A stretch of 20,000 nt of DNA. Source: an uncultured virus (IMG/VR IMGVR_UViG_2912889086_000006) (taxonomy: Duplodnaviria; Heunggongvirae; Uroviricota; Caudoviricetes). The notes below the pieces were generated by a model. It worked only from the letters and a program-made list of their open reading frames with translations. It ran no database searches and was not told where the DNA came from. The stretch is from the IMG/VR virus record IMGVR_UViG_2912889086_000006, positions 53,157 to 73,156 of that record; one strand, 5' to 3'. Shown one piece after another: positions 9,101 through 17,802 of this stretch. The number at the start of each line of letters is the position of its first letter. The stretch's first letter is position 1. The position numbers and the translations under genes are program-made.

Positions 9101-10561
9101 AAAGAATTTCGCAAATATACAAATGAGCAGAAGAAAGCTGTTGATGAGCAACGCAAAATTCAACAGCAAAAAATTAACTGGATCAACAAAGAGTTAAAAA
9201 CAAATAAAAAACTTAACTATGCTCAACGCGATCAACTAAGAGAAGAACTGAAACAGGCTAAATTAGATCTCATCTCCTTACAAGATCAAGTCAGAGAGCT
9301 GCAAGGGGAACTAATTCAGTCACAGGTTGACCAGACACTCAATAATATTGAGAAATCTGTTAAGAAAACTGAATCCAAGCTTAAAGATGTTGATATCAAG
9401 ATTCAAATGACTGAGGATGACAATCAAAAAGTCAAGTACTACAGTCAGCAAATAAAATTGATTCAACAGCAACAAGCTGAAGCAAAAAAGTACATTAAGC
9501 AACTTGAAGCACAGAAAAAGGCAGCTAAAGGTTTCCCTGACATCCAGAAACAAATCACAGAGGAAATTGAAAACTGGAAGGATAAACAGAAGGAATACAA
9601 CCTGGAGCTTTATAACACCAAGAAGTCCATTAAAGATATCTATAAATCACTCGCAGATGAAGTCGTTTCAATTTATAAAGAAATGTACGAAAAGATGCGT
9701 GATATTGAGCTGGAAGCACATCGAAAAGCAACTCAAGATATAATCGATGAAATTGATAAAGAAGACGACGAAGCCAAGTTCCAGAAATCCCTTAAAGAAA
9801 AACAGGATGCCATTCAAGAAACAAAAGACAAGATAAGCAAACTGTCTCTCGATGATTCAGATGAGGCAAAAGCAAAACTAAAAGATTTAGATAAGCAACT
9901 CCAAGAACAACAACAAGATCTTGATGAATTTTTAAAGGATCGTGAGAATTCTAAACGTAAAGAAGCATTACAGGATCAACTTGAAAAAGATGAGAAATCA
10001 ATAAACACCAAGTATGATGATCTTGTCAACGACGAAAGAGCATTTAAAAAGCTTGAGGATAAGTTGATGAATGGAAAGATTACCGATATCGCCAAGCAGC
10101 TTAATGAGTTTTCAAAGTTCATTAACAGCAACATGGAATCTATTGGTAAGAGCATCTCCAACAATCTAATTGATAAGCTTAAAGAAGCCTCCAAAGCTTT
10201 AAATGTTGTAGTCGCTGGAAACACCACAGGTAAAAAAGTTGCCTCTTTTGATGTTGGTGGCTATACAGGAACATGGGGCAGTTCGGGAAGACTTGCAATG
10301 CTCCATGAGCAAGAACTTGTTTTAAATAAAGCTGATACAAGCAATGTTTTGAAAATTGTTGAGCTCACCCGAAACATTTTTGGAGATATCCAAACAAAAG
10401 CTGCAATCCCTTCCCCTAATGCTACATCTAATCAAACGACAAGTAACCAAACATTTAATTTTAACTTTAATGTAGATAAGATGACTGGCTCTAAAGATGA
10501 TGCAAATAAATTCTTAGGAGAAGCATTTAACATTGTATCAGCTAGAGGGGTTAAAATTTAG
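3117..10561 (+). CDS. cwlP: Tail tape measure protein / virion peptidoglycan hydrolase CwlP (YomI), spliced: join(3117..4626,4916..4965,5189..5402,5679..10561), 2218 aa
   Basis: TTG start with AAAGGA RBS. TP901-type tape measure core (LNEVDNNF...[17 protein letters not shown]), SLT domain (IAAIIKQES...GLMQLMP...ALAAYNAG) and M23 peptidase (HKGTD...HLH). Exons of 1510+50+214+4883 nt sum to 6657 nt = 2219 codons including stop, and the junctions restore the conserved motifs. Confidence 0.93.
4627..4915 (+). ncRNA. Group I self-splicing intron 1 (289 nt, ORF-less, IA-like with P7.1/P7.2)
   Basis: P1: exon GGGAU|UA pairs with UAGUCCU, giving U4626.G4635. P AATTGCTGGGAA 4674-4685, Q AATCAGCAGC 4699-4708, R GTTCAACGACTA 4728-4739, S AAGATATAGTC 4838-4848. 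P3 CCTCTC/GGGAGG, P8 CATCCCAATGGGATG, P9 CTTATAGGTAACTATAAG. Ends in G4915. Junction T+AT gives Tyr. Confidence 0.93.
4916..4965 (+). CDS. cwlP: Tape measure exon 2 (50-nt micro-exon, (Y)[16 protein letters not shown])
   Basis: Translates to the conserved YTTAI.S.T.ESGNIVG motif of YomI-type tape measures; absent from the ORF track. Confidence 0.9.
4966..5188 (+). ncRNA. Group I self-splicing intron 2 (223 nt, ORF-less, compact core without P7.1/P7.2)
   Basis: P1: exon GUCGGU pairs with GCUGAC 4975-4980, giving U4965.G4975. P3 TCTCTTC 4987-4993 / GAAGAGA 5069-5075, P4 CTTG/CAAG, P7 GACTG 5061-5065 / CAGTC 5094-5098, S-like AAGCGACAGTC, P8 CACAGAAATGTG, P9 CTCTATGGAAACATAGAG. Ends in G5188. 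Junction GGT|AAC gives Gly-Asn. Confidence 0.9.
5189..5402 (+). CDS. cwlP: Tape measure exon 3 (214 nt, [10 protein letters not shown]...AGMFQNTR)
   Basis: Corresponds to the internal part of track ORF 5153..5434, whose two ends are intron sequence. Contains the conserved LKTIFARI and [11 protein letters not shown] motifs. Confidence 0.9.
5403..5678 (+). ncRNA. Group I self-splicing intron 3 (276 nt, ORF-less, IA-like, related to intron 1)
   Basis: P1: exon CGAU|UA pairs with UAGUCG, giving U5402.G5411. P2 CTTATACAGTAATGTATAAG. P TAACGGTGGAA 5488-5498, Q AATACCGTG 5522-5530, R GTGTAACGACTA 5553-5564, S AAGATATAGTC 5627-5637. P3 CCCAGT/GCTGGG, P8 CATCCTTTTAGGATG, P9 TCGGGAAACCGA. Ends in G5678. 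Junction T+TT gives Phe, then LALMEQW. Confidence 0.93.
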
Positions 10562-10595
10562 AGTCGGCAAAATGTCGACTCTTTCTGTTTTTTTT
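10560..10595 (+). terminator. Terminator-like hairpin between tape measure and distal tail genes
   Basis: AGAGTCGGCA-aaa-TGTCGACTCT stem followed by TTCTG and a long T run. Confidence 0.65.
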
Positions 10596-10618
10596 GAAAG
10601 GATGGTGATATATCGTCA

Positions 10619-11380
10619 ATGATAAGAGAGAGCCTGTACTTTATTTTCGGGAACGAAAAATCCACAGATATGGGTGTTGAAAACGTCAATACTGATGGAG
10701 GGTTAGTTGAAGAAACATTTCTAGCTACCTCATCAATTAATGAAACCTCCATCAAGGGTAATGATACACCCTTCTATGAAGGGAAAAAACGTGAACCAAA
10801 GCAATTCAATCTTAATTTTTATATAAAGGATCACTGGAATCAAAAAAGGATCGCCAACATTAAACGATGGCTGGATGTTGATACATACCAGCCTTTTTCT
10901 TTCAGTGACAACCTTGATATCGTCTATTATGCAATGCCTGTAGATGCAAATGATTTAGTTCACAATGCAAGCAAGGAAGGCTATGTAAGGCTAACTATGA
11001 GGTGTGATTCCCCTTATGCCTACAGTAGGACTATAACTACTCCGTGGCACGATGCTTCTAAGGAAGACATAACAGTTGAGATTAACAATAAAGGTGAATG
11101 CACCATCATTCCATCGTTTAAAATTCAAAAGATCGGTAAGGGTGATGTTAAAATAGAAAATTTAAGTTACTTCTCCTCCCCTTCTGTATTCACCGATCTT
11201 GAAGATGGCGAAATCATAACAGTTACTGGAGAAAAAGAAATTGTGGAATCATCAATATACGGCGATGAACGTTACGATAATTTTAATGATGAGTACCTTC
11301 TACTCGATTATGGGATGAACCGTATTAGAGTAACAGGAAGATGTAGAATTCTTTTCAGTTATAGATTTAAATATCGTTAG
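10619..11380 (+). CDS. yomH: Distal tail protein (Dit, Sipho_tail family), YomH-like
   Basis: Directly after the tape measure gene; 253 aa; motifs YFIFGNEKSTDMGV, LTMRCDSPYAYS, LDYGMNRIRVTG typical of siphophage Dit proteins. Confidence 0.82.
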   Translation: MIRESLYFIFGNEKSTDMGVENVNTDGGLVEETFLATSSINETSIKGNDTPFYEGKKREPKQFNLNFYIKDHWNQKRIANIKRWLDVDTYQPFSFSDNLDIVYYAMPVDANDLVHNASKEGYVRLTMRCDSPYAYSRTITTPWHDASKEDITVEINNKGECTIIPSFKIQKIGKGDVKIENLSYFSSPSVFTDLEDGEIITVTGEKEIVESSIYGDERYDNFNDEYLLLDYGMNRIRVTGRCRILFSYRFKYR

Positions 11381-11383
11381 GAG

Positions 11384-14023
11384 GTGTCTTTACTGTTTCA
11401 ACAAGTAACGCGATCATTTAATTTAAGGAAGCCGAAACTTTCACTTGCTAAAGCTAACAAAAAGAAAATCGCAAATCTTGTCGATATCTCAAATGTTAAT
11501 TTGACATTAAGACTAGGCGAAATCAATGAGTTGTCTTTCACAGTACCTTTAAAAATTGAAATAGACAAACAATGGGTTAAGAATCCTCATCTCAAGCGCC
11601 TGAAATTACGAAGGCTCGTCAAGCTTTCCGCATACAACTTCAAAGATGAATGGTTCATTATTAAAACAAAGCAAAAAACTGGTGCAGACAATGAATTATT
11701 GACATTTACGTGCATGTCACTTGGACATCAATTGAGCTATCGAAAAGTTAGAAGATATGAAGTCACTTCCTATAATATGCAACAGGTTACAAATGACTGT
11801 TTTGCAAACACCAACTGGAAAGCCGGATACATAAATCCTCTATTCAATGAAAAATTCCGCAGTTTTGATATTACCTCTTCTACAAAGTTAGACTTCCTCT
11901 TTAAAATATGCGAGACATTCGAAGCTATCCCTGTATTTGACACCATAGAAAAAAGAGTGCATTTCTATACTGAAGATGAAGTATCAAATTACAAAGGGAT
12001 GAGATTAAAATACGGTCAGTATTTAGATTCGATAGAAGACACTGAGGAACTTGAAGAAGTCTGTACCAGACTCTATGTAACTGGGAAAGATGATCTCTCA
12101 ATAAACGCTGCCAATCCAACTGGACAAGCTTATATAGAAGATTTTACATATTTTCTTTATCCATTTGAGCGAGATAAAGATCGCAAGGTGATAACTCACA
12201 GTTACGAAATGAGTGATGAATTATGTCATGCCATTCTCGATTTCAATGAGTTCATCGATTCTCAAACTGAAACATTCTCTTCCCTTCTCTCTCGACAAAC
12301 CGAGGAAGAAAAGAAACTTTCAACACTTAACGCAGAAAAGGCAAAGCTTGATTTAGAATACAAAGTAATTTTAGATAAAATTGCAGTAGCAACAGAAGCG
12401 AAAGATCCAACTGCCGAGCTTATAAAAGAGCGAAAAGCTAAAGAGGCTGAAATTGATTCAAAAAAAAAGGAAATAGAAGAAAAAGAAAAACTGATTAAGG
12501 ACATTCAGGATAAAATATCCCTTTTAAAGGGAAAATTGACGCTCGAAAGCCACCTTAATGATGAGCTTAAAGAAGAGTTGGCGGAATTTATAAATGAGCA
12601 AGAATGGGCTAATGACAATCTTTATGATGAAACTGATCTTTATGAAGCCGGACTTGAGGAAATGAAAAAGCGCAACACCCCTCCAATCAATATAACAATG
12701 AGCATAGTTAATTTTTTTGGAATTTTGAGTGAACAACAAAATTGGGACAGGCTATCTATTGGAGATATTGTTCGAGTACAGCATGATCGCCTTGGTATTG
12801 ATGTTAAAACAAAGGTAATAGAAATGACCTTTGACTTTGAGGCTAACAAGATTAATTTGACTGTCTCAAATTCAAAACGAGTTGAAACTGTTAAAGAAAA
12901 GATGGTCAAACTCGTTTATACAGTCAGTCATATAAACAACGACTATGCAATTAGAAAAATTGACTGGATGAATACCGCTGAGAATTTTAAAATCCGGAAT
13001 GATCGAATTTCCGCCCCAGTTGCAGCTCCTACCGTTGCATCAGACGGAACCGCAATTACTCATGAACTGAATGACAATGGTTCAGTTGATGTTGTTTTAA
13101 AATGGGAGTATCCAGATTCTGATGAGGATAGATACAACATTGATGGGTTTGAAGTTTATCTCTATTCCAGTGAATCATCTGATGAATATGTGTTTGGCTC
13201 TAAGATGAGCCATGAGGAAATGGTTAATGTAAAGTATGACAAGCGTTCCTACAAATTCACGGGACTTGCCTCGAATAAATACTACACTCTGGGTGTTAGA
13301 GCCTACCGTAGAGTTGATGCAGATATTGAGAGAACTGGAATTATTCTTTCTGATATTGTTCAGTCAAAACATATTACTGAGAATCCCTACCTCCCTTCTG
13401 CTATTACAGAAGTCAAAGGAAGAGTAAATGGACTAATCCAATCTGTGTCTAAGGAAAGACCTGCTAATCCAGAGGTCAATACAATTTGGATTAATCCAGA
13501 AACTAATAAGCAAGAATTATATAACGGAGAAAAGTGGATTGAGCAATCTGCTGGATCGGCAGATTCCTTGAACGGATACACAGCAGAAGTTACCGCTTCC
13601 CCCTATTCTATACCCGTCAGAGATGAAACAGGAACCATTAATGCATCAATTACTGGAAGCGCTACTCAGCTTGGAGGCCGTAACTCTTCGGAGTATGCAC
13701 TAAAATCTGATATCCCTTCTCCCCCGCAATATGCAATAGGGGAATATGTTGGAGACGGCAAACAGAGCAGATCAATAAGTCTTAATTTCATACCGACTGT
13801 TGTTAAAATTTATCCCACATCACCAGACGATTCAGCTTTAATTATCCAAAACAACTTAGGCGGTTATTCGTTCCAAAACGGTGATGCAGGTGCTTACCTT
13901 AAAGGTGGGGATAAATCATATGGATCATTGAACTTGAATTATTTTGTTACTGGCTCAGACATCAACACTCGCGGCAACAAGTTGAATGTAAAGTATATCT
14001 GGGAAGCGTACAAACAAAACTAA
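11384..14023 (+). CDS. yomG: Tail hub / Tal-like minor structural protein with coiled-coil and fibronectin-III-like domain, YomG-like
   Basis: Follows Dit; prophage tail motifs (INELSFTVP, TRLYVTGKDDLSI, GDIVRV) and an FnIII-like region (VVLKWEYP...FTGLASNKYYTLGVRAY). The track's GTG start overlaps the SD, so the real start may be CTG 11393. Confidence 0.82.
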   Translation: MSLLFQQVTRSFNLRKPKLSLAKANKKKIANLVDISNVNLTLRLGEINELSFTVPLKIEIDKQWVKNPHLKRLKLRRLVKLSAYNFKDEWFIIKTKQKTGADNELLTFTCMSLGHQLSYRKVRRYEVTSYNMQQVTNDCFANTNWKAGYINPLFNEKFRSFDITSSTKLDFLFKICETFEAIPVFDTIEKRVHFYTEDEVSNYKGMRLKYGQYLDSIEDTEELEEVCTRLYVTGKDDLSINAANPTGQAYIEDFTYFLYPFERDKDRKVITHSYEMSDELCHAILDFNEFIDSQTETFSSLLSRQTEEEKKLSTLNAEKAKLDLEYKVILDKIAVATEAKDPTAELIKERKAKEAEIDSKKKEIEEKEKLIKDIQDKISLLKGKLTLESHLNDELKEELAEFINEQEWANDNLYDETDLYEAGLEEMKKRNTPPINITMSIVNFFGILSEQQNWDRLSIGDIVRVQHDRLGIDVKTKVIEMTFDFEANKINLTVSNSKRVETVKEKMVKLVYTVSHINNDYAIRKIDWMNTAENFKIRNDRISAPVAAPTVASDGTAITHELNDNGSVDVVLKWEYPDSDEDRYNIDGFEVYLYSSESSDEYVFGSKMSHEEMVNVKYDKRSYKFTGLASNKYYTLGVRAYRRVDADIERTGIILSDIVQSKHITENPYLPSAITEVKGRVNGLIQSVSKERPANPEVNTIWINPETNKQELYNGEKWIEQSAGSADSLNGYTAEVTASPYSIPVRDETGTINASITGSATQLGGRNSSEYALKSDIPSPPQYAIGEYVGDGKQSRSISLNFIPTVVKIYPTSPDDSALIIQNNLGGYSFQNGDAGAYLKGGDKSYGSLNLNYFVTGSDINTRGNKLNVKYIWEAYKQN

Positions 14024-14038
14024 ACGGAGGTGGATATC

Positions 14039-14836
14039 TTGGAAGACATTCCAAAACTTTATAACGATCCCATCTTGTCCAAAAAAAGAAAAGGATCGGT
14101 GGATGATCCTTATCAACTCTACAATGAAACTCAAGTCATCTATAACGGAAAAGCCCAGTTAACTGAAGTACCTAATAGAGAGATGAGAGTCGAAGTCTCG
14201 GGGGACGGAAAAGTATGGAAAGAAGTGGAAGGCGGTGATTTACAAGACGACTTCTTTAAGGTTGATTACCTTAACGGAGTTGTCTTTTTTAATGCATCAA
14301 ATGAAGGTAAATCACTCCAATTTAAGTACAGTGGCGAAGGAGCTTACTACTTTCCTGGATCTCGTATATGGACTAAACGAAACGGAAATGAAGTTGTAGA
14401 AACGCTGGATTCATTGACAGAAAGAACTCGAAAAGCTACGGAAGAATCTGAAAAGGCAACTGAAGAATCTAAAAAAATCACGAAATGGACAAGATATGCG
14501 ACTTCAGATTATGAGGAGGTAGTCGCTGAAACAAGGAAAAAATACCTTCCCAAAGTCTATACATACACAGATATCATGTCCACGTACCCAAACCCCCAAA
14601 TTGGATGGACAGTAGTCACAGAAGATACTCATATTGAGTGGAGATGGGACGGTTATGACTGGATCGATATCGGAGTTTCGGATGCCTATGATGGGTTCAA
14701 CGTTATTGTAAGTGAAGTTCCGCCAAATAACGTTAATCACCTATGGCTTCAAGCACCTGTTTCGCCATTTGCAGCAAGGATCAAGAAATCCGAGACCGCT
14801 CCCCTCACTAATCAGATTTGGCTCAAGATCGAATAG
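14039..14836 (+). CDS. yomF: Baseplate/tail-fibre adaptor protein, YomF-like
   Basis: Position between yomG and the tailspike; motifs FKVDYLNGVVFF and TYPNPQIGWTV...WRWDGYDWIDIG. GGAGG at 14026-14030 favours TTG 14039 over GTG 14030. Confidence 0.75.
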   Translation: MEDIPKLYNDPILSKKRKGSVDDPYQLYNETQVIYNGKAQLTEVPNREMRVEVSGDGKVWKEVEGGDLQDDFFKVDYLNGVVFFNASNEGKSLQFKYSGEGAYYFPGSRIWTKRNGNEVVETLDSLTERTRKATEESEKATEESKKITKWTRYATSDYEEVVAETRKKYLPKVYTYTDIMSTYPNPQIGWTVVTEDTHIEWRWDGYDWIDIGVSDAYDGFNVIVSEVPPNNVNHLWLQAPVSPFAARIKKSETAPLTNQIWLKIE

Positions 14837-14851
14837 TAGTCAAGGAGGTAT

Positions 14852-17473
14852 ATGATGAATTTTTTAAAATATTATGATCCGCTTTTAGAAAAGTGGATAT
14901 CTATTGAACTAGAAGCAATAAGCTCAGACGGGGAAAGATGGACAGCCCCTATGATTACCCTAAAATTCAAAGAAGTTATTAATCAAATTGGTGATGTTAA
15001 ACAGGATATTACCGATGTTCAAAAGCACTTTGAAAAAGAAATAGAAAATGTCTCAAATAATATAAGCAACATTGAGAAAATTATTGGCGACGTCTCCAAA
15101 TTCAAGACAATTGGTGACACATTAGTTGATAAAATAATTAATCAGTTTACTCAACGCAGCGTGAACGTTAAAGATTATGGTGCAAAGGGTGACGGTTTAA
15201 CTGATGATACTGCTGCATTTGAAAAAGCTCTTGGTAGTGGATTCTCTAATGTATTTGTTCCTGAAGGGACTTACATGGTTAAAGGTATTAAGATCCCTTC
15301 CTTCACTCGTCTATATGGAACTGGCGCAAAATCCATAATTAAACTTCATCCAGATACCTCCCCCACCACCCATGTCATCACTAATAAAGATTACACAAAT
15401 GGCAACTCCTATATTCAAATCGAAAATCTCCTCGCTGACTGGAATTTAAGAAAGAAGAACAACAAAATCGGATCGGGGCCAAATGCAAGCTGCGTAAATA
15501 TAACAAATAGCCAGTTTGTTTGGATTAAAAATGTTCATGCGAAAGACGCTGGGTTGCATGGATTTGATGTTACTTCCCCTAAGTACAATTCATCTTCTGA
15601 TGGGGCTAATTATTATCAACCAAAAGGTTCTAAGTATGTTTGGATTGACAGTTGCACAGCTTGGAACTTTGGGGATGATGGTTTTACCACCCATTTCTCT
15701 GACTTCGTATTCCATTCAAACTGCTACTCTTATAACGGTAATGGATCTGCTCACAACACTGGAGTAAGTAATACCAATGGATATGAAGCTGATGACGGCT
15801 CTAGACACATTTGGTTCAACGATTGTCACAGTAAAAATAACTGTAGAGGTTTTGAAGTTAAAGCTCACAGTCTCGCCCCCGCTGCTCAAAATGTGCATTT
15901 AGTAAATTGTTCATCAGAAAATGATATTCGATCATTTGACTTTAGACATATTGGACACCACCTTGCTTCAGATCCTATATCTAAGAGTGCATTCAACGTA
16001 AGTGCTACTAACTGCACTTCTCTTCGACCTAAATTTGGAAGTCTGTATAAAGATCTTGCCCCCAGAGCGCTGGTTATTTCCGCATTCAGAAATGTGAATG
16101 TAAATAACTTTACTGCAATCGGAGATCCTTCATATGACTATAAAGGGAATCCTGTTATTGCAACTCAGTATAAATCGAGAAATATAAACCTGAACAACAT
16201 TTCAGTGTCAAACTTTAAAACTGCAGAGGCTGACATTTATGTTTATGGTGGAGATCAAAAATCAGACAACGTAAATATTTCTAATGTTAACAGTTTCGAG
16301 TCAGCCAGAGTGGGAGTGCGTATTGGGAGTGGCACCGAAAACGTTAAGCTTACAAATGCAAGCCTAATTGGGAATGGAAAAAGTGACAGCGTTGGAGTAT
16401 ATTGCTCTAACTCTCAAGCAAGCTTATTCGGGATTTCCGTTGAGAAGTATAAAAAAGCTGCAACAATTGCAGGTGTAGACTATTCTTTTGTCCCAAACTT
16501 AATAAAAAACGGGACGCGAATTGCATCCTCAAGTGGCGAGGTAAAAAACGTCACATCCTCACTTTTAAGCTCAAGCGCTGGGTGCGTAGCATCTGGACAC
16601 GACTCCACCGTTATCGCTTCTTCTAATTCAAAAGCAACTGGCACAAGATCCGCAGTTATTGGTTCCACTGGAGGAACAATAACAAGAGGAATTCGTACTG
16701 CAGCTATTGCTTCATCAGGTGGCTCATCGGTTCACGGCAGTAGAGCTGCAGTTATTACATCTAATAACTCACATACGACAAACAAAGACGGCGGATATGC
16801 TAAAACTGTTCTTTCATCGAACAACGTTATAAATGATATGAACTATCATGTTGTAGGTGGTTATGGCGACGGATCAAAAGCTTCTACTGCAAATATCAAA
16901 TGGGATATCAGCTCGTTTTCAGGAAACATAAAGGCCAGTGGAAAAATAACTGGCTCTTCTGTGTTCAGTGACTATGCCGAGTACTTCGAAAGTGTAGATG
17001 GCCAAAAAATTGACACTGGCTATCTAGTGACATTAGAAGGCGACAAAATCAGAAAAGCTGAAAAGGGTGACTTTTTATTAGGTGTAATTTCTGAGACAGC
17101 AGGCTTTGTTTTAGGTGAATCTACATTTCACTGGCAAGGTCGCTACAAAAAAAATGAATTTGGTGGATTGGTTTATAAAGAGTTGATCAACGAGCATGGA
17201 AAAACATATCGTGTCCCAGTTGAGAATGAAGAATACGATCCATCAACAGATTATGCGTCAAGAACTGAAAGAGATGAATGGAATGTTGTTGGACTTGTAG
17301 GACAGGTTTTTGTTCGAATCGATGACACTTTGAACGTCGGAGATTATTTCGAAGCTAATAACGGAATTGCAACCAAAACTGATAATCCAAATAACAGATG
17401 GAGAGTAATGAAAATTACCAAGCCATATTCAAAAAAAGATGGTTACGGAGTTGCTATATGCTTTATACGATAA
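14852..17473 (+). CDS. yomE: Tailspike / pre-neck-appendage-like receptor-binding protein: pectate-lyase-like beta-helix plus C-terminal peptidase G2 autocleaving chaperone, YomE-like
   Basis: VNVKDYGAKGDGLTDDTAAF beta-helix entry motif, GDDGFTTH and NGYEADDGS motifs, and SDYAEYFES at about 16967 as in phi29 gp12. AAGGAGG RBS. Confidence 0.87.
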   Translation: MMNFLKYYDPLLEKWISIELEAISSDGERWTAPMITLKFKEVINQIGDVKQDITDVQKHFEKEIENVSNNISNIEKIIGDVSKFKTIGDTLVDKIINQFTQRSVNVKDYGAKGDGLTDDTAAFEKALGSGFSNVFVPEGTYMVKGIKIPSFTRLYGTGAKSIIKLHPDTSPTTHVITNKDYTNGNSYIQIENLLADWNLRKKNNKIGSGPNASCVNITNSQFVWIKNVHAKDAGLHGFDVTSPKYNSSSDGANYYQPKGSKYVWIDSCTAWNFGDDGFTTHFSDFVFHSNCYSYNGNGSAHNTGVSNTNGYEADDGSRHIWFNDCHSKNNCRGFEVKAHSLAPAAQNVHLVNCSSENDIRSFDFRHIGHHLASDPISKSAFNVSATNCTSLRPKFGSLYKDLAPRALVISAFRNVNVNNFTAIGDPSYDYKGNPVIATQYKSRNINLNNISVSNFKTAEADIYVYGGDQKSDNVNISNVNSFESARVGVRIGSGTENVKLTNASLIGNGKSDSVGVYCSNSQASLFGISVEKYKKAATIAGVDYSFVPNLIKNGTRIASSSGEVKNVTSSLLSSSAGCVASGHDSTVIASSNSKATGTRSAVIGSTGGTITRGIRTAAIASSGGSSVHGSRAAVITSNNSHTTNKDGGYAKTVLSSNNVINDMNYHVVGGYGDGSKASTANIKWDISSFSGNIKASGKITGSSVFSDYAEYFESVDGQKIDTGYLVTLEGDKIRKAEKGDFLLGVISETAGFVLGESTFHWQGRYKKNEFGGLVYKELINEHGKTYRVPVENEEYDPSTDYASRTERDEWNVVGLVGQVFVRIDDTLNVGDYFEANNGIATKTDNPNNRWRVMKITKPYSKKDGYGVAICFIR

Positions 17474-17493
17474 CACCTTAATTGGAGGTTCAA

Positions 17494-17652
17494 ATGAATA
17501 CATTAAGCTTCTATAACAAAAAGAAAGACAAATGGGAAGACATCTATACCGTTGCGGTAACAGACGGGAAAGTTATTCTTACTGCAACTGAATTATTTGA
17601 GAGATTAAAAACATTAGAGAGTGAAGTCGCAAAATTAAAAAGCAGCACTTAA
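17494..17652 (+). CDS. 52-aa protein paralogous to the tailspike N-terminal anchor (not in the ORF track)
   Basis: GGAGG at 17484-17488, ATG 17494, MNTLSFYNKKKDKWEDIYTVAVTDGKVILTATELFERLKTLESEVAKLKSST, TAA at 17650-17652. Confidence 0.8.
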   Translation: MNTLSFYNKKKDKWEDIYTVAVTDGKVILTATELFERLKTLESEVAKLKSST

Positions 17653-17741
17653 GGAGGTGGTTAAATTCTGAATAAAATTTAGATTTCATTCAAACTACAG
17701 TTTAGCAAAACAGAGAAAACAAGAGCATATGTGAGAACGAG

Positions 17742-17771
17742 AGAGATTGGTAATTAGCCAGTCTCTTTTTT
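17742..17771 (+). terminator. Rho-independent terminator between tail and lysis genes
   Basis: AGAGATTGGT-aatta-GCCAGTCTCT stem followed by TTTTT. Confidence 0.75.
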
Positions 17772-17802
17772 AATGCTCAAAAACAAACAGGAGTGATTTA
17801 AT

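Noticed and set aside
3117..10561. Tape measure pseudogene, sequencing frameshifts, or two separate genes (545 aa and 1623 aa)
   Set aside because: The gaps are structured 223-289 nt insertions with group I cores, and exact removal restores the frame and conserved residues.
14852..17652. Diversity-generating retroelement or invertible tail-fibre switch
   Set aside because: No reverse transcriptase, invertase, TR/VR pair or inverted gene segments in the window; the paralogy is visible only at protein level.
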